From an uncultured bacterium (GTDB lineage Bacteria; Babelota; Babeliae; Babelales; RVW-14), in the NCBI GenBank assembly GCA_963759805.1, contig CAVXAT010000010.1, positions 1 to 51,992 on the forward strand: 51,992 bases of DNA, given 5' to 3'. Positions 39,829-48,966 of the stretch are shown here, one piece after another; position 1 is the stretch's first letter; each line of letters starts with the position of its first letter. Below the pieces are notes generated by a model. That model searched no databases, had not been told where the DNA came from, and saw nothing but the letters and a program-made list of their open reading frames with translations. Position numbers and translations under genes: made by a program.

Positions 39829-42663
39829 TTGTATGGATTTAAGCTTAAAATTGTAGGTCTTACTATGGAAATTTGGGAGTTGATCGTGGTTATATTTAAG
39901 AATAAATTTGTGATTTTGGGGCTTTTGGTTATCGTTGGCTTGGCCGTTTTTTATATGCTCCACAAAAGAAGAGCGGGTAAAATACTTCTAAAGCGCGTTC
40001 CTGCCTTTGAGCTTCCGCTTGATAGGGTTAAAAAGATTGAGCTTAAAAATGGCATGCATGTCATTCTTTTCAAAACCAATACTGCACCCAAGGTTATTGT
40101 GCAAGTGGCATACGAGGTAGGGTCCTTTGTTGAGGGTTCCGGGGAACGAGGCTTAGCCCACTTGATTGAACATATGATTTTCAAAGGCACCGATAAAATG
40201 ACAGAAGGCGATATCGATGCAATTTCCCGTAAATATGGGGCAACTTACAATGCGTTTACCTCAATTGATATGACGAGCTACTATTTTGAGGCCAACAAAA
40301 GTAACTGGCAGCCATTTTTACCAATTCTTGCTGATTGCATGCAAAACGCTCGTTTTGATGAACAGCACCTGGCATCGGAATTAAAAGCAGTAATTCAAGA
40401 GGTAAAAATGTACAAAGATGATTACTGGCGTAGAATTTTTGAAAAAGCGGTCCAGCTAGCATTTCCAGCCAATCATCCATACCACTTCCCTGTAATTGGA
40501 TACCAAGAGGATCTGTTAAATTTAAAGGCAGAGAATTTAAAACGATTTTATAAAAAATATTACAGTCCGGACAGGGCAACCCTTTTTATTGTTGGTGATT
40601 TTGATGAAGATCAAGCGATTAAGCTTGTAAAACAAAATTTTGAAAATATAAAACCAAATGGAGCTGAGAAGCTTCCGGATATGCCTCCAGTTCTCCCCCA
40701 ATTCTCATCAACAAATATACGGTTTTATGAAGATGTTAAAAACAGTATGCTTTGCTTTTTTTGGCATATCCCTGGATTGAGAGATAAGAACGAAATTTTG
40801 TCCTCTGCTCTCGACTTTTTACTGGGTGGCGGCGAGGGAAGTCGTTTGTATCGTAAACTTGTAGAAGAGAAAAAGGTTGCAACATCTGTTTCAACGACCG
40901 CTGCAACCATGATGGAAGGTGGAATTTTTGGAATTTTTATTGAACCGATTGAGGGTAAAAGTGATTACTGCCAGGCATTGGTTACTCGTGAATTAATGAA
41001 AATTATGAAAAAAGGCTTTACAGAGTATGAGCTTGTGCGAATGGTTAAAAACAATGTGAGAAGCTTTTTTTCAAGATTGCAAAATTATAAAGATTTTACA
41101 TACACATGGATTAAGTCATACTTTGCAACGCATGATGAGTTTGCCGTTTTAAATCGCGTAAATCTTTACAAGCAGATAACAAGTAAACAGTTGCAGGATT
41201 TTGTGCATGAGTACATGGATCCATTATTTATGAATCGTATTGAAGTGTTTCCATTACCTGATGATAAAAAGGAGATGAAAGAGCATGCCCAGAATGTGTC
41301 AGATGACATGGATCGCGAAATTCTCAAGCATCACCAAAGAGTAGCGCCTCTTGAACTTCCAAAATTGGTAAATAACTTGTCTGTGCCAAATAAATTTGAT
41401 TTTGTATTTCCCAAGCCGGATGTTGAGATGACTTTGGATAATGGATTAAAGGTTTTATTAAAGAAAAATTCAAGCTGGGGTCTAATAACATTGGGATTGA
41501 AGTTTAAAGATGCCGAATATCTGAATGCGGCCAAAGATGGAATTTTGGTTGGTATGATGATGGATATTTTAATGGAAGGAACCAAAAAATACTCCAAAGA
41601 ACAGAATGTTGATTTCTTTGAAAGTAATGGAGTTATTTATAAGTTTGATACGAGTGGCGTTTCCATATCTATGTTAAATCATGAGTATAAGCCGGTATTT
41701 GAACGATTGTTTCACATTTTACGTAAACCCTCTTTTCCCAAATTGGCACTGAATAAACTAAAAGAGATTGAAATAAGTAACTTTAAACGTTGCAAAGATG
41801 AACCATCTGATGTTTTGCGTAGAAAAATAAGTTGTACAGTTTACAAAAATCATCCATATTCATGGACTTTTGACGAAGCCATTAGTCTTGTTAGCAAAGT
41901 AAATACGGCAGATTTGTTGCAGTTACACATGCATTATATTGTCCCTGCAGGAATGATTTTGACCGTTGTTGGAGATTTTGATCTTGAGCAGATGAAGGCC
42001 AATGTTAAAAAGGTTTTTGGAAAATGGAAAAATGAATCCTCTAAAAAAATAGAGTACAGATCCGGGGATTTTACACCAAAAGAGAATATTGATGAATTTA
42101 TGATGCGAGATCAGGTTTTGATGGCATTTTGCCAACCAAGTCCACTGACCGTTTACGACATAGATCTCATTCCAGTCAAAATGTTGAACTACATAACATT
42201 TTATTCGCTTGGTTCAAGGATTTATCAGTTACGTGAACAGACCGGGTTGTTTTATAATGCCTTTGGGGCTTATGCTTCCGGTGCCGGTAAAATGCATGGG
42301 TTTGATTATGTTGGAGCAATTTTAAGTTTGGACAAGCTTGAATTTGCAGAAAAGGGCATACGTGATCTAATTCAAAATTTGGCCAAGAGTGGGGCAACGC
42401 AGCGTGAACTAGATGATGCGCGCCAGCTTTATCTTAAATCATTGATTGATTCCGTTTCTAGTAATAGTGATCTTGCTGCAATGTTAACCTATCTTGAATC
42501 AATGCAGCTTGGATTTGATTATTATGATAAGGTCTTATCCAGAATTCAAGCCATGTCTTTGCAAGAGGTCAACGGAATTGCTGCCAAATATTTTGCTACA
42601 GAGAATATGGCAAGGATTAGGATTGGCAGAGTGGGGCAAAAACAGGCAGATAAAAATTTATAA
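39829..42663 (+). CDS. M16 family zinc metallopeptidase (insulinase/PqqL-like, fused two-subunit type) with N-terminal TM
   Basis: GLAHLIEHMIFKGT (HxxEH), NAFTS, second inactive half with SRIYQLREQTGL.Y; exact start uncertain. Confidence 0.92.
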   Translation: MYGFKLKIVGLTMEIWELIVVIFKNKFVILGLLVIVGLAVFYMLHKRRAGKILLKRVPAFELPLDRVKKIELKNGMHVILFKTNTAPKVIVQVAYEVGSFVEGSGERGLAHLIEHMIFKGTDKMTEGDIDAISRKYGATYNAFTSIDMTSYYFEANKSNWQPFLPILADCMQNARFDEQHLASELKAVIQEVKMYKDDYWRRIFEKAVQLAFPANHPYHFPVIGYQEDLLNLKAENLKRFYKKYYSPDRATLFIVGDFDEDQAIKLVKQNFENIKPNGAEKLPDMPPVLPQFSSTNIRFYEDVKNSMLCFFWHIPGLRDKNEILSSALDFLLGGGEGSRLYRKLVEEKKVATSVSTTAATMMEGGIFGIFIEPIEGKSDYCQALVTRELMKIMKKGFTEYELVRMVKNNVRSFFSRLQNYKDFTYTWIKSYFATHDEFAVLNRVNLYKQITSKQLQDFVHEYMDPLFMNRIEVFPLPDDKKEMKEHAQNVSDDMDREILKHHQRVAPLELPKLVNNLSVPNKFDFVFPKPDVEMTLDNGLKVLLKKNSSWGLITLGLKFKDAEYLNAAKDGILVGMMMDILMEGTKKYSKEQNVDFFESNGVIYKFDTSGVSISMLNHEYKPVFERLFHILRKPSFPKLALNKLKEIEISNFKRCKDEPSDVLRRKISCTVYKNHPYSWTFDEAISLVSKVNTADLLQLHMHYIVPAGMILTVVGDFDLEQMKANVKKVFGKWKNESSKKIEYRSGDFTPKENIDEFMMRDQVLMAFCQPSPLTVYDIDLIPVKMLNYITFYSLGSRIYQLREQTGLFYNAFGAYASGAGKMHGFDYVGAILSLDKLEFAEKGIRDLIQNLAKSGATQRELDDARQLYLKSLIDSVSSNSDLAAMLTYLESMQLGFDYYDKVLSRIQAMSLQEVNGIAAKYFATENMARIRIGRVGQKQADKNL

Positions 42664-42837
42664 AATCATGCGAATTGTCTGTTTTTGTGCAAATTTGACC
42701 AAATTAAGCTCCAAAAAAATGTTAAAAAACCTGAAAATAGCCAATAAATAAATTCTATTTGTATCTTTTTATTTGCCGTGGTAACCTTGGTTTATGAAGT
42801 CTATTTACTATTTAAATTTCACAAATGGAGGTTTATT

Positions 42838-43518
42838 ATGATAAGTTTAAAAAAGATCTACTTTTTGTTTGGTATTTTGTTTTTGATGGGCAGCGGTTGC
42901 TCAAATCTTCAGGCAATGCACAGAAGCCCTGTCTGCTCAGATTTTCATGTAATACCTGACCTAGGAGGTGTTTTTCCAGACAAATCTGAATTAGCGGCAG
43001 AATCGCCCTTGTTCCTTGCTGTATACGAAGGAGAAGTTGAGTTTGTTAAGCAATTTTTTACCGAATATGGGCAAGTAGATGTAAATCAGGTAATACAAAG
43101 TGGAGTTTGCCAAGGCCTTACAGCATTACGGTTAGCTGTTGCCATGTGGCAAGAGCGATTTGGTCAAGTGAGTGACAATATTTCATATATAACGCATAAA
43201 AAAAAGCGATATAAGGCTATTGCGCAGCTGTTGGTTGACTATGGGGCTACCTATTCAGCTAGTTTGGCAGAAACCTTAATTCGGCCAATGGGAGTTAATC
43301 TTTCCCGTCGAGAACATTCGGTACCACTTCGAGAAGAGACGCCACAACCATCAGTCAGTAGAGCTGCAAGCCTTCCTCCAATAGTGCAGAGAGCTGGGAG
43401 TCTTCCTCCATTGTCAAAACCAGTGAGAAAACTTTCTCCTGTGACAGCTGAAGAAATAAAACAGGCAGAGGACGCGATGAAAGTTAGAGAATTTCTTATG
43501 AAGATTGGTGTAAAATAA
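42838..43518 (+). CDS. Secreted ankyrin-repeat-like protein with disordered tail
   Basis: SPLFLAVYEGEVEFVK, DVN, G.TAL.LAV, IAQLLVDYGA; GGAGG RBS before ATG 42838. Confidence 0.7.
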   Translation: MISLKKIYFLFGILFLMGSGCSNLQAMHRSPVCSDFHVIPDLGGVFPDKSELAAESPLFLAVYEGEVEFVKQFFTEYGQVDVNQVIQSGVCQGLTALRLAVAMWQERFGQVSDNISYITHKKKRYKAIAQLLVDYGATYSASLAETLIRPMGVNLSRREHSVPLREETPQPSVSRAASLPPIVQRAGSLPPLSKPVRKLSPVTAEEIKQAEDAMKVREFLMKIGVK

Positions 43519-43548
43519 CGGATTTGATATAACTGATAGGTAAAATTT

Positions 43549-43586
43549 AAGAGGGAGCTTGCAACACGCAAGCCCCCTCTTTTTTC
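43549..43586 (+). terminator. Rho-independent terminator
   Basis: aagagggagcttgc-aacac-gcaagccccctctt followed by T-run, 30 bp after the ankyrin gene stop. Confidence 0.7.
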
Positions 43587-43602
43587 CATAATTGTTGCAA
43601 TA

Positions 43603-43685
43603 ACCTTGAATTTTAACCATACTTTTGTAAATGACACCTTGTTTTTTGACCATTTTTTGTAAATTATACCTTGAATTTTAACCAT
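43603..43685 (+). promoter_or_regulatory. Three 18-bp direct repeats (period 32-33 bp) directly upstream of the AAA ATPase gene
   Basis: accttgaattttaaccat 43603, accttgttttttgaccat 43636, accttgaattttaaccat 43668. Confidence 0.7.
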
Positions 43686-43696
43686 GGAGTAGCAAA

Positions 43697-45022
43697 ATGA
43701 AGCGTTTTATTGATAAAGAATTATCCCAATGGAAGAACGTAAAGTTCCGACGGCCGTTGCTTTTGCGAGGCGCCCGTCAGGTCGGCAAAACATATGCCGT
43801 TCGGCAATTTGGTAAGCAATTTGCATCATTTATTCAGGTAAATTTGGAAACACAAGATAAAGAGCGCGCAATATTTGAAAAGGATCTTGATATTCAAAGA
43901 ATCATACGTGATCTTTCATTGCTTAGAATGGAGCCAATTGTTCCTGGAAAAACCCTGCTTTTTATCGATGAAATTCAGGTGGTACCAAAAGCAATAACAG
44001 CGTTGCGCTATTTTTATGAGGAGATCCCAGAGCTTCATGTAATTGCGGCTGGATCGCTTCTCGATTTTGCTGTTGAACAAGTGGGGATGCCTGTTGGAAG
44101 AGTAGAATCTTTATATATGTACCCGATGTCGTTTCTTGAATTTTTATTTGCTATCAAGGGTGATATTCTTGCGCAAGAAATACTAATGCATTCAGTGGAG
44201 CAAGAGCTTTCAGAACCGGTACACAATAAAATTCTTTCGTTTTTAGGCGAGTATATTGCTATTGGTGGTATGCCGGGGGTAGTTGCTTGTTGGGCTGAAA
44301 CGAAAGATCCAATGCGTTGTTTTGCTTTACAACATGCAATAATTGACACCTACAGGAACGATTTTGTTAAGTATGCAAAAAAAAATCAAATTAAATATGT
44401 TAATGATCTTTTCAACAATATTCCCCAGCAGCTTGGTAAAAAATTTAAGTATAGTGAGATTGAAGGTGATTTTAGAAAGCGAGAGCTTACCCCAGCGCTT
44501 GATCTTCTAGCAACTGCTGGTGTTGTCCATAAGGTTACACACAGCTCTGGGCAAGGGATTCCGCTTGGAGCAAATGTTGATCCGCAAAACTATAAAGTAA
44601 TTTTTTTAGACGTAGCCTTAGCCCAGGCGGTTTTAGGACTTGACCTTGCTGAGTGGTTTTTAAATCCAACGCAGCAATTTGTTAATAAAGGCGCTCTTAC
44701 TGAGTCTTTAGTTGGCCAGGAACTACTTGCTTACGCAAACACGCACGCCAAAAGCAATCTTTATTATTGGCAAAGAAATGCTCCGAGTAGCACAGCAGAA
44801 GTTGATTATCTTGTTCAAAGTGGAGAGCATATTATTCCAATTGAAGTCAAAAGTGGTTCTGGTAAAACACTTAAAAGTTTACATTTGTTTTTGGAAAGTC
44901 ATACGCAAACGCCTTATGGAATTCGTTTTTCTACACAAAATTATTCACGGCATGAGAATATCTGGTCATATCCTCTTTATGCAGTTGCTGCCATTTTTAA
45001 AACGCTCGATCAGTTATTGTAA
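43697..45022 (+). CDS. AAA+ ATPase (AAA_14) with DUF4143 / PD-(D/E)XK-like C-terminus
   Basis: PLLLRGARQVGKT, LLFIDEIQ, VIAAGS, PMSFLEFL, GGMP, AEVDYL...IPIEVKSG. Confidence 0.9.
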   Translation: MKRFIDKELSQWKNVKFRRPLLLRGARQVGKTYAVRQFGKQFASFIQVNLETQDKERAIFEKDLDIQRIIRDLSLLRMEPIVPGKTLLFIDEIQVVPKAITALRYFYEEIPELHVIAAGSLLDFAVEQVGMPVGRVESLYMYPMSFLEFLFAIKGDILAQEILMHSVEQELSEPVHNKILSFLGEYIAIGGMPGVVACWAETKDPMRCFALQHAIIDTYRNDFVKYAKKNQIKYVNDLFNNIPQQLGKKFKYSEIEGDFRKRELTPALDLLATAGVVHKVTHSSGQGIPLGANVDPQNYKVIFLDVALAQAVLGLDLAEWFLNPTQQFVNKGALTESLVGQELLAYANTHAKSNLYYWQRNAPSSTAEVDYLVQSGEHIIPIEVKSGSGKTLKSLHLFLESHTQTPYGIRFSTQNYSRHENIWSYPLYAVAAIFKTLDQLL

Positions 45023-45270
45023 TGGATTTTTATGTGCCTACCAAAGCCTTTCCAATCTATCATGGTAACCTAGAAGCTCTTGATGTTTAATATTCTTCTA
45101 GGTTAATTTCTAGGTTGTAAGTTGAAATTATACCAGGAGGAGACTGAAAAAAATGTGTGAACTTGGAATTTTGGCAGAAATTTCTACAGGGCCGTTTGAT
45201 CCACAAAAAACATTTAACCTGCGTAGTATTGATTAGCGCCAATAATTTTGAGCAACTGGGGTTTGGTGTA

Positions 45271-45293
45271 TGATGTGCCTAGCAGGACTCGAA
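45271..45293 (-). other. tRNA 3'-end fragment (att-site-like island boundary)
   Basis: Minus strand TTCGAGT-CCTGC-TAGGCAC-A-TCA = T-loop, T-stem 3' strand, acceptor 3' strand, discriminator, CCA-like; no 5' half present. Confidence 0.65.
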
Positions 45294-45294
45294 T

Positions 45295-45394
45295 CCGTCT
45301 ACGCTTTCAGCTTCGACGCGACAGGTACACCTTTGCTCTACGTAGCTACGGTGCACAGGCCGTCTACGCGCTTGAAGCGCTACGACGGGACGGG
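45295..45394 (+). repeat. Three tandem REP-like palindromic units (31-35 bp)
   Basis: ccgtctacgctttcagcttcgacgcgacagg / tacacctttgctctacgtagctacggtgcacagg / ccgtctacgcgcttgaagcgctacgacgggacggg. Confidence 0.75.
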
Positions 45395-45421
45395 TCCTTC
45401 GCTCATCAGAATGCAAAAGTA

Positions 45422-46294
45422 TTATTTCAGTGATGGGGGGAGATATTCTGCGAATCTTTTAACCATAGCAAGAAAAAAATCATGTCCCCATACGGCAAGG
45501 CCGTTACGTTCGGGCAGCCGCAAAAAGTTTTCGGCATCCTTTTTTGCTTCTGTCCAGTCAATTGATTCAATTTTCTTATTTAATTTGGTAATCATCCAGT
45601 CTTTAGATATATCAACTATTTGATTTTTCCATGGGCCCATCTGTTCAATTGCATTTTGCAGATGCGTGTAATTTGGCGTAACTTTTTTAGAAACATACCA
45701 AACAAAATCAAACCAGTCTCGTCCCTTTGCATAGGGCCGGCATAAAAGTGCATGTATTTTGCTTGCAAATAAACTTGGTAAATCCTGAGCAATAATTGAA
45801 AATGGATATGGAAAATTAAGAAAGTGTGGTTCGAAGCCTGAACCCGCTGGAGGATTAGTATCGATTTCTAATTTAATTTGAATTGTTTGTTTGTCAGAAG
45901 AGCTTCGAGGATGAGTTAGAATAAGAACCTTGCCGAAAGAATTGTCCTTTAAAAAAGCCATTTTTATGGCGTTATCTGCTTTTGAGCGATCAATAATCTG
46001 AAATTCAAGCGCATACAATTTAAATTCCAACTGAAGTGCTTTTAAAAAAGGGTTCCATACAAATGACTTATCTGGTTCATACAAAATAAAATCCAGATCT
46101 TCTGAGAATCTGTTGAGATGGTGAACGATGCGCAAACATGAGCCACCTTGAAAAGCTGCAATTTTGAAAAAATCAGAATGTGCAAGTGCGCACAATGCGA
46201 TTTCCTGGACAATTTCTTTGATTGCATTTAACTCGTCTCGTTGAGACGTTGGAGTATATTCTTTTAGTCGTTCTTCTATAATTTTTATACTCAT
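45422..46294 (-). CDS. AbiEii-family nucleotidyltransferase toxin (type IV TA)
   Basis: AFQGGSCLRIVHHLNRFSEDLDF, IKLEIDTNPP, ASKIHALLCR...KGRDWFDFVWY. Confidence 0.9.
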   Translation of the reverse strand: MSIKIIEERLKEYTPTSQRDELNAIKEIVQEIALCALAHSDFFKIAAFQGGSCLRIVHHLNRFSEDLDFILYEPDKSFVWNPFLKALQLEFKLYALEFQIIDRSKADNAIKMAFLKDNSFGKVLILTHPRSSSDKQTIQIKLEIDTNPPAGSGFEPHFLNFPYPFSIIAQDLPSLFASKIHALLCRPYAKGRDWFDFVWYVSKKVTPNYTHLQNAIEQMGPWKNQIVDISKDWMITKLNKKIESIDWTEAKKDAENFLRLPERNGLAVWGHDFFLAMVKRFAEYLPPSLK

Positions 46295-46304
46295 AAAAAA
46301 CCTA

Positions 46305-46943
46305 CTACTTTTTTGATATTTCGATTAAAAAGTTTTTTAACACCTTGCGCACTCGAGGGCTTGGATAACTTTCACTTAACAGTTTTAACAATTCTTTATC
46401 ACTGCCAATAATTGTATCAATATCAATTCGAAGGTCTGCTTCAAGTTGTGTAATATTTTCCCATGATTTACGATTTACATAGATAAAATCTGCCAAAGCT
46501 CGCCAGGGATCAGCAATGAAAAATACTGTATTTTTTCTGGGGATTCTAGAAACTCCTACATAAAATTCCTCTTCTGGGATATGTTTGTAACTGAATATTC
46601 CGATTGGAGTTTTAAATTCTTGTGCTCGTTTTGGGCTAACACATGTGGTTGTGTAAACAGCCTCTGGAATCCAATTATGGTAAGCCAGTGCTGATTCTAG
46701 GCTAATAATGGATGGTTCATAAATGAAAAGTGCAAGCTCAAATTCATCTGGAAGTTCCTGCTTAATTTTGTTAGCAATAAAATACAGTCCTTTTCGAATA
46801 CGAATTAAAACTTTGGCTTTCAATGCTCTTTTTACAATTGAATAGCGGGCATCATCTGTTTTATTTAAAATAATGGCCAACTCATTATCTTGAATAAAAA
46901 TTCTTGGCCATGTTTCTAGTAAATCTCGAATATTTGTTTTCAT
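46305..46943 (-). CDS. AbiEi-family antitoxin (wHTH transcriptional regulator)
   Basis: LIRIRKGLY, PSIISLESALAYHNWIPEAVY.TTCV, IADPWRALADFIY; directly upstream of AbiEii. Confidence 0.88.
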   Translation of the reverse strand: MKTNIRDLLETWPRIFIQDNELAIILNKTDDARYSIVKRALKAKVLIRIRKGLYFIANKIKQELPDEFELALFIYEPSIISLESALAYHNWIPEAVYTTTCVSPKRAQEFKTPIGIFSYKHIPEEEFYVGVSRIPRKNTVFFIADPWRALADFIYVNRKSWENITQLEADLRIDIDTIIGSDKELLKLLSESYPSPRVRKVLKNFLIEISKK

Positions 46944-46952
46944 TTTACCCCA

Positions 46953-46999
46953 ATATTATGTAACAAACTGGCGAATTATGACAGTTAATTACATAATAT
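46953..46999. promoter_or_regulatory. Inverted repeat in abiE promoter (candidate AbiEi operator)
   Basis: atattatgtaa / ttacataatat perfect 11-bp arms plus inner aactg/cagtt, 10 bp from the antitoxin start. Confidence 0.6.
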
Positions 47000-47105
47000 C
47001 TCTAGGATGCTGGAAAAAACAAGAATTTTGTAAAAAATCTATTTTTAATGCTGAATTCAAGTTTGATGGGACTGGGTCTTGTTATCTGAGAATGATTTTT
47101 AAAGA

Positions 47106-47206
47106 GTGTGCCATACTGGACTATTTTAGCCTGTCCGCCATAGCTATCCAAAGCGACGGCTGGGAACTTTTATAAGCAACAGCTTTATGACGGAGAGAAT
47201 TGGGTC
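47106..47206 (+). repeat. att-like direct repeat copy 1 (66 bp plus 35-bp palindromic insertion at 47130-47164)
   Basis: 64/66 identical to 50680-50745 once the insertion is removed. Confidence 0.85.
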
Positions 47207-47239
47207 CATTATTGGTTAGGGGGGTTACCCCTCATTCAC

Positions 47240-47295
47240 AAAACAAGCTCCTTTTTTAAGATCATTTTTGGATCATAAAATAAGGAGCTTGTTTT
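47240..47295. terminator. Bidirectional-type hairpin terminator
   Basis: aaaacaagctcctt / aaggagcttgtttt perfect 14-bp arms, 30 bp past the stop of the 47326 gene. Confidence 0.7.
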
Positions 47296-47325
47296 TATTT
47301 AAGTATCAGATGCTGATTGAAACTA

Positions 47326-48486
47326 TTACATAATGAGAGAGTTCTGATGTGTAGATAGTTTTTCTTGTAATTCCAAAACTGTTTGGGCTACTATCTGCCT
47401 ACTTTCATTCGGTATTATTAAGCCGACTCCTTGATTCCATAAGCCCTCGATATCATTTCCAGTATCTATGATCCTTTGCCACAGGATCTCAATATTTTGA
47501 GGAGTATTGTGAGAAGATGCAAGAGATCTAATCTGATAAATCAAAACTTCAAATAATTTAATTGAGGCATGAATATAGCTAATTTCATGTTGGTTTATTC
47601 CATCATAAATAGTATTTATAGCTGCATCAAAACCTTGCCCTTTTTCAAACAAAGCTTTAAATATTTTAATTGAGTGGACTTGAACCAAATCGATACCATC
47701 ACAGTAGTTATTTACGCCCCCCAACGACCAATCTTTATTTTTTAGCCCCTTGGAAGCAGCCTTTATTGCAAGATCAAAGCCTTGTCCATTTTCAACCAAG
47801 GTTTTTAATAATTTTAATGAGGCGTCTATACGCCAAGCATCCTCTGATTTTATGCCTTGATCAACAGCTTTTATAGCTGCATCGAACCCCTGTCCTTTTT
47901 TAACCAAAGCTTTAAATAATTTAACTGATTCGCGTTCATAGCCATTTTGGATCCAGTAAGATGCGACGTTTATTGCTTTGTCAAAACACTGTCCTTTTTC
48001 AACCAGCGCTGTCCATAAATCCAATGCAAGCATTTTCTCCTCAAAATCTTCTGGATCTTCTGATTTTAACCCAAATTCAGCAATCTTAATTGCCTCATCG
48101 AATCCCAGCCCCTGTTTAACCAGGGCCTTCCACAAGTGCAATGAACAACATAAGCAGTCATTATTACCTAGCGTAGCAGCCTTTATTGCAAGATTAAAGC
48201 CTTGTCCATTTTTAACCAAGATTGTCAACAAGCCGCATTTTTCGCAATATTTGAGATCACTTGATTTAGCAAGTTGAATAGCCTCTTGAAATCCTTGCCC
48301 CTTTTCAAATAAGAGTTCCCACGATTTTAATGCAAAATCTATTACAGTGAGATCGCTTGATTTTATACCCTGAATGGCAGCTTGTATATCATTGGATTGA
48401 GCATTATTCTGCTGCATTGCCTGTAAATTTGCAGAACTCAAGAAAGACAGAAATCCAAGAAATGTAATCGCATTAAATTTTTTCAT
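47326..48486 (-). CDS. Secreted alpha-helical (HEAT-like) repeat protein
   Basis: Signal peptide ending ANLQA-M; seven repeats of L(V/F)xxGQGFxxAI; ATG 48486 with GGGGGA RBS. Confidence 0.8.
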   Translation of the reverse strand: MKKFNAITFLGFLSFLSSANLQAMQQNNAQSNDIQAAIQGIKSSDLTVIDFALKSWELLFEKGQGFQEAIQLAKSSDLKYCEKCGLLTILVKNGQGFNLAIKAATLGNNDCLCCSLHLWKALVKQGLGFDEAIKIAEFGLKSEDPEDFEEKMLALDLWTALVEKGQCFDKAINVASYWIQNGYERESVKLFKALVKKGQGFDAAIKAVDQGIKSEDAWRIDASLKLLKTLVENGQGFDLAIKAASKGLKNKDWSLGGVNNYCDGIDLVQVHSIKIFKALFEKGQGFDAAINTIYDGINQHEISYIHASIKLFEVLIYQIRSLASSHNTPQNIEILWQRIIDTGNDIEGLWNQGVGLIIPNESRQIVAQTVLELQEKLSTHQNSLIM

Positions 48487-48841
48487 AAAATATCCCCCAT
48501 TAAAATATAAATAAGATCTTACAACTACACTCAGTATGACTGATTTAGAGGTCTCTAACAAATGGGGTTGGGGTGAAATTATGGTTAATTAAAAGTTTGC
48601 CAAATAGGTTGATTTATAGCTTTATTGGTTATTCAAGTTGCAATAAAAATAATTGTTCTGATATGCTGTGGGATGAGTGGTAGACTTACATGGGTTTAAA
48701 GAGTGTACGATCGTTGACGCGTTTCGGAATAGGGAAATTACATTTGATTTTACACTAAGCCGCATTCAGACTGCATTTTCAGAGCTTGGGATTAGCGTAG
48801 ATATTTAGTTAATTATTTAATAAATTTTTAAAAAACTTCCT

Positions 48842-48873
48842 AGACAAAGTACCACGATAATGGTACTTTGTCT
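48842..48873 (+). promoter_or_regulatory. Perfect 13-bp inverted repeat overlapping a sigma70-like promoter (candidate TA operator)
   Basis: agacaaagtacca-cgataa-tggtactttgtct; -35 TAGACA 48841 and -10 TACTTT 48864 with 17-bp spacer. Confidence 0.7.
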
Positions 48874-48966
48874 TCTTAGAAAGAGAGACGTAGATTTTGG
48901 GGAAGAAAGAAGGAGAAGCGTATGGTTAAATATAAGATTTAATTTTTTATGCACAGGAGAGTTTCC

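Noticed and set aside
43603..43685. Possible mini-CRISPR array (3 repeats)
   Set aside because: Repeats are only 18 bp, the 14-15 bp spacers resemble each other (ttttgtaaat), and there are no cas genes; better read as tandem operator-like repeats.
45295..45394. Possible CRISPR repeats or an intact tRNA
   Set aside because: Units are contiguous with no spacers and differ in sequence; no D-arm or anticodon arm pairs with the adjacent tRNA fragment.
48638..48800. Promoter-like TTGCAA-18-TATGCT with no following ORF (possible sRNA)
   Set aside because: No terminator or convincing structure; it may simply be an upstream promoter for the TA operon.
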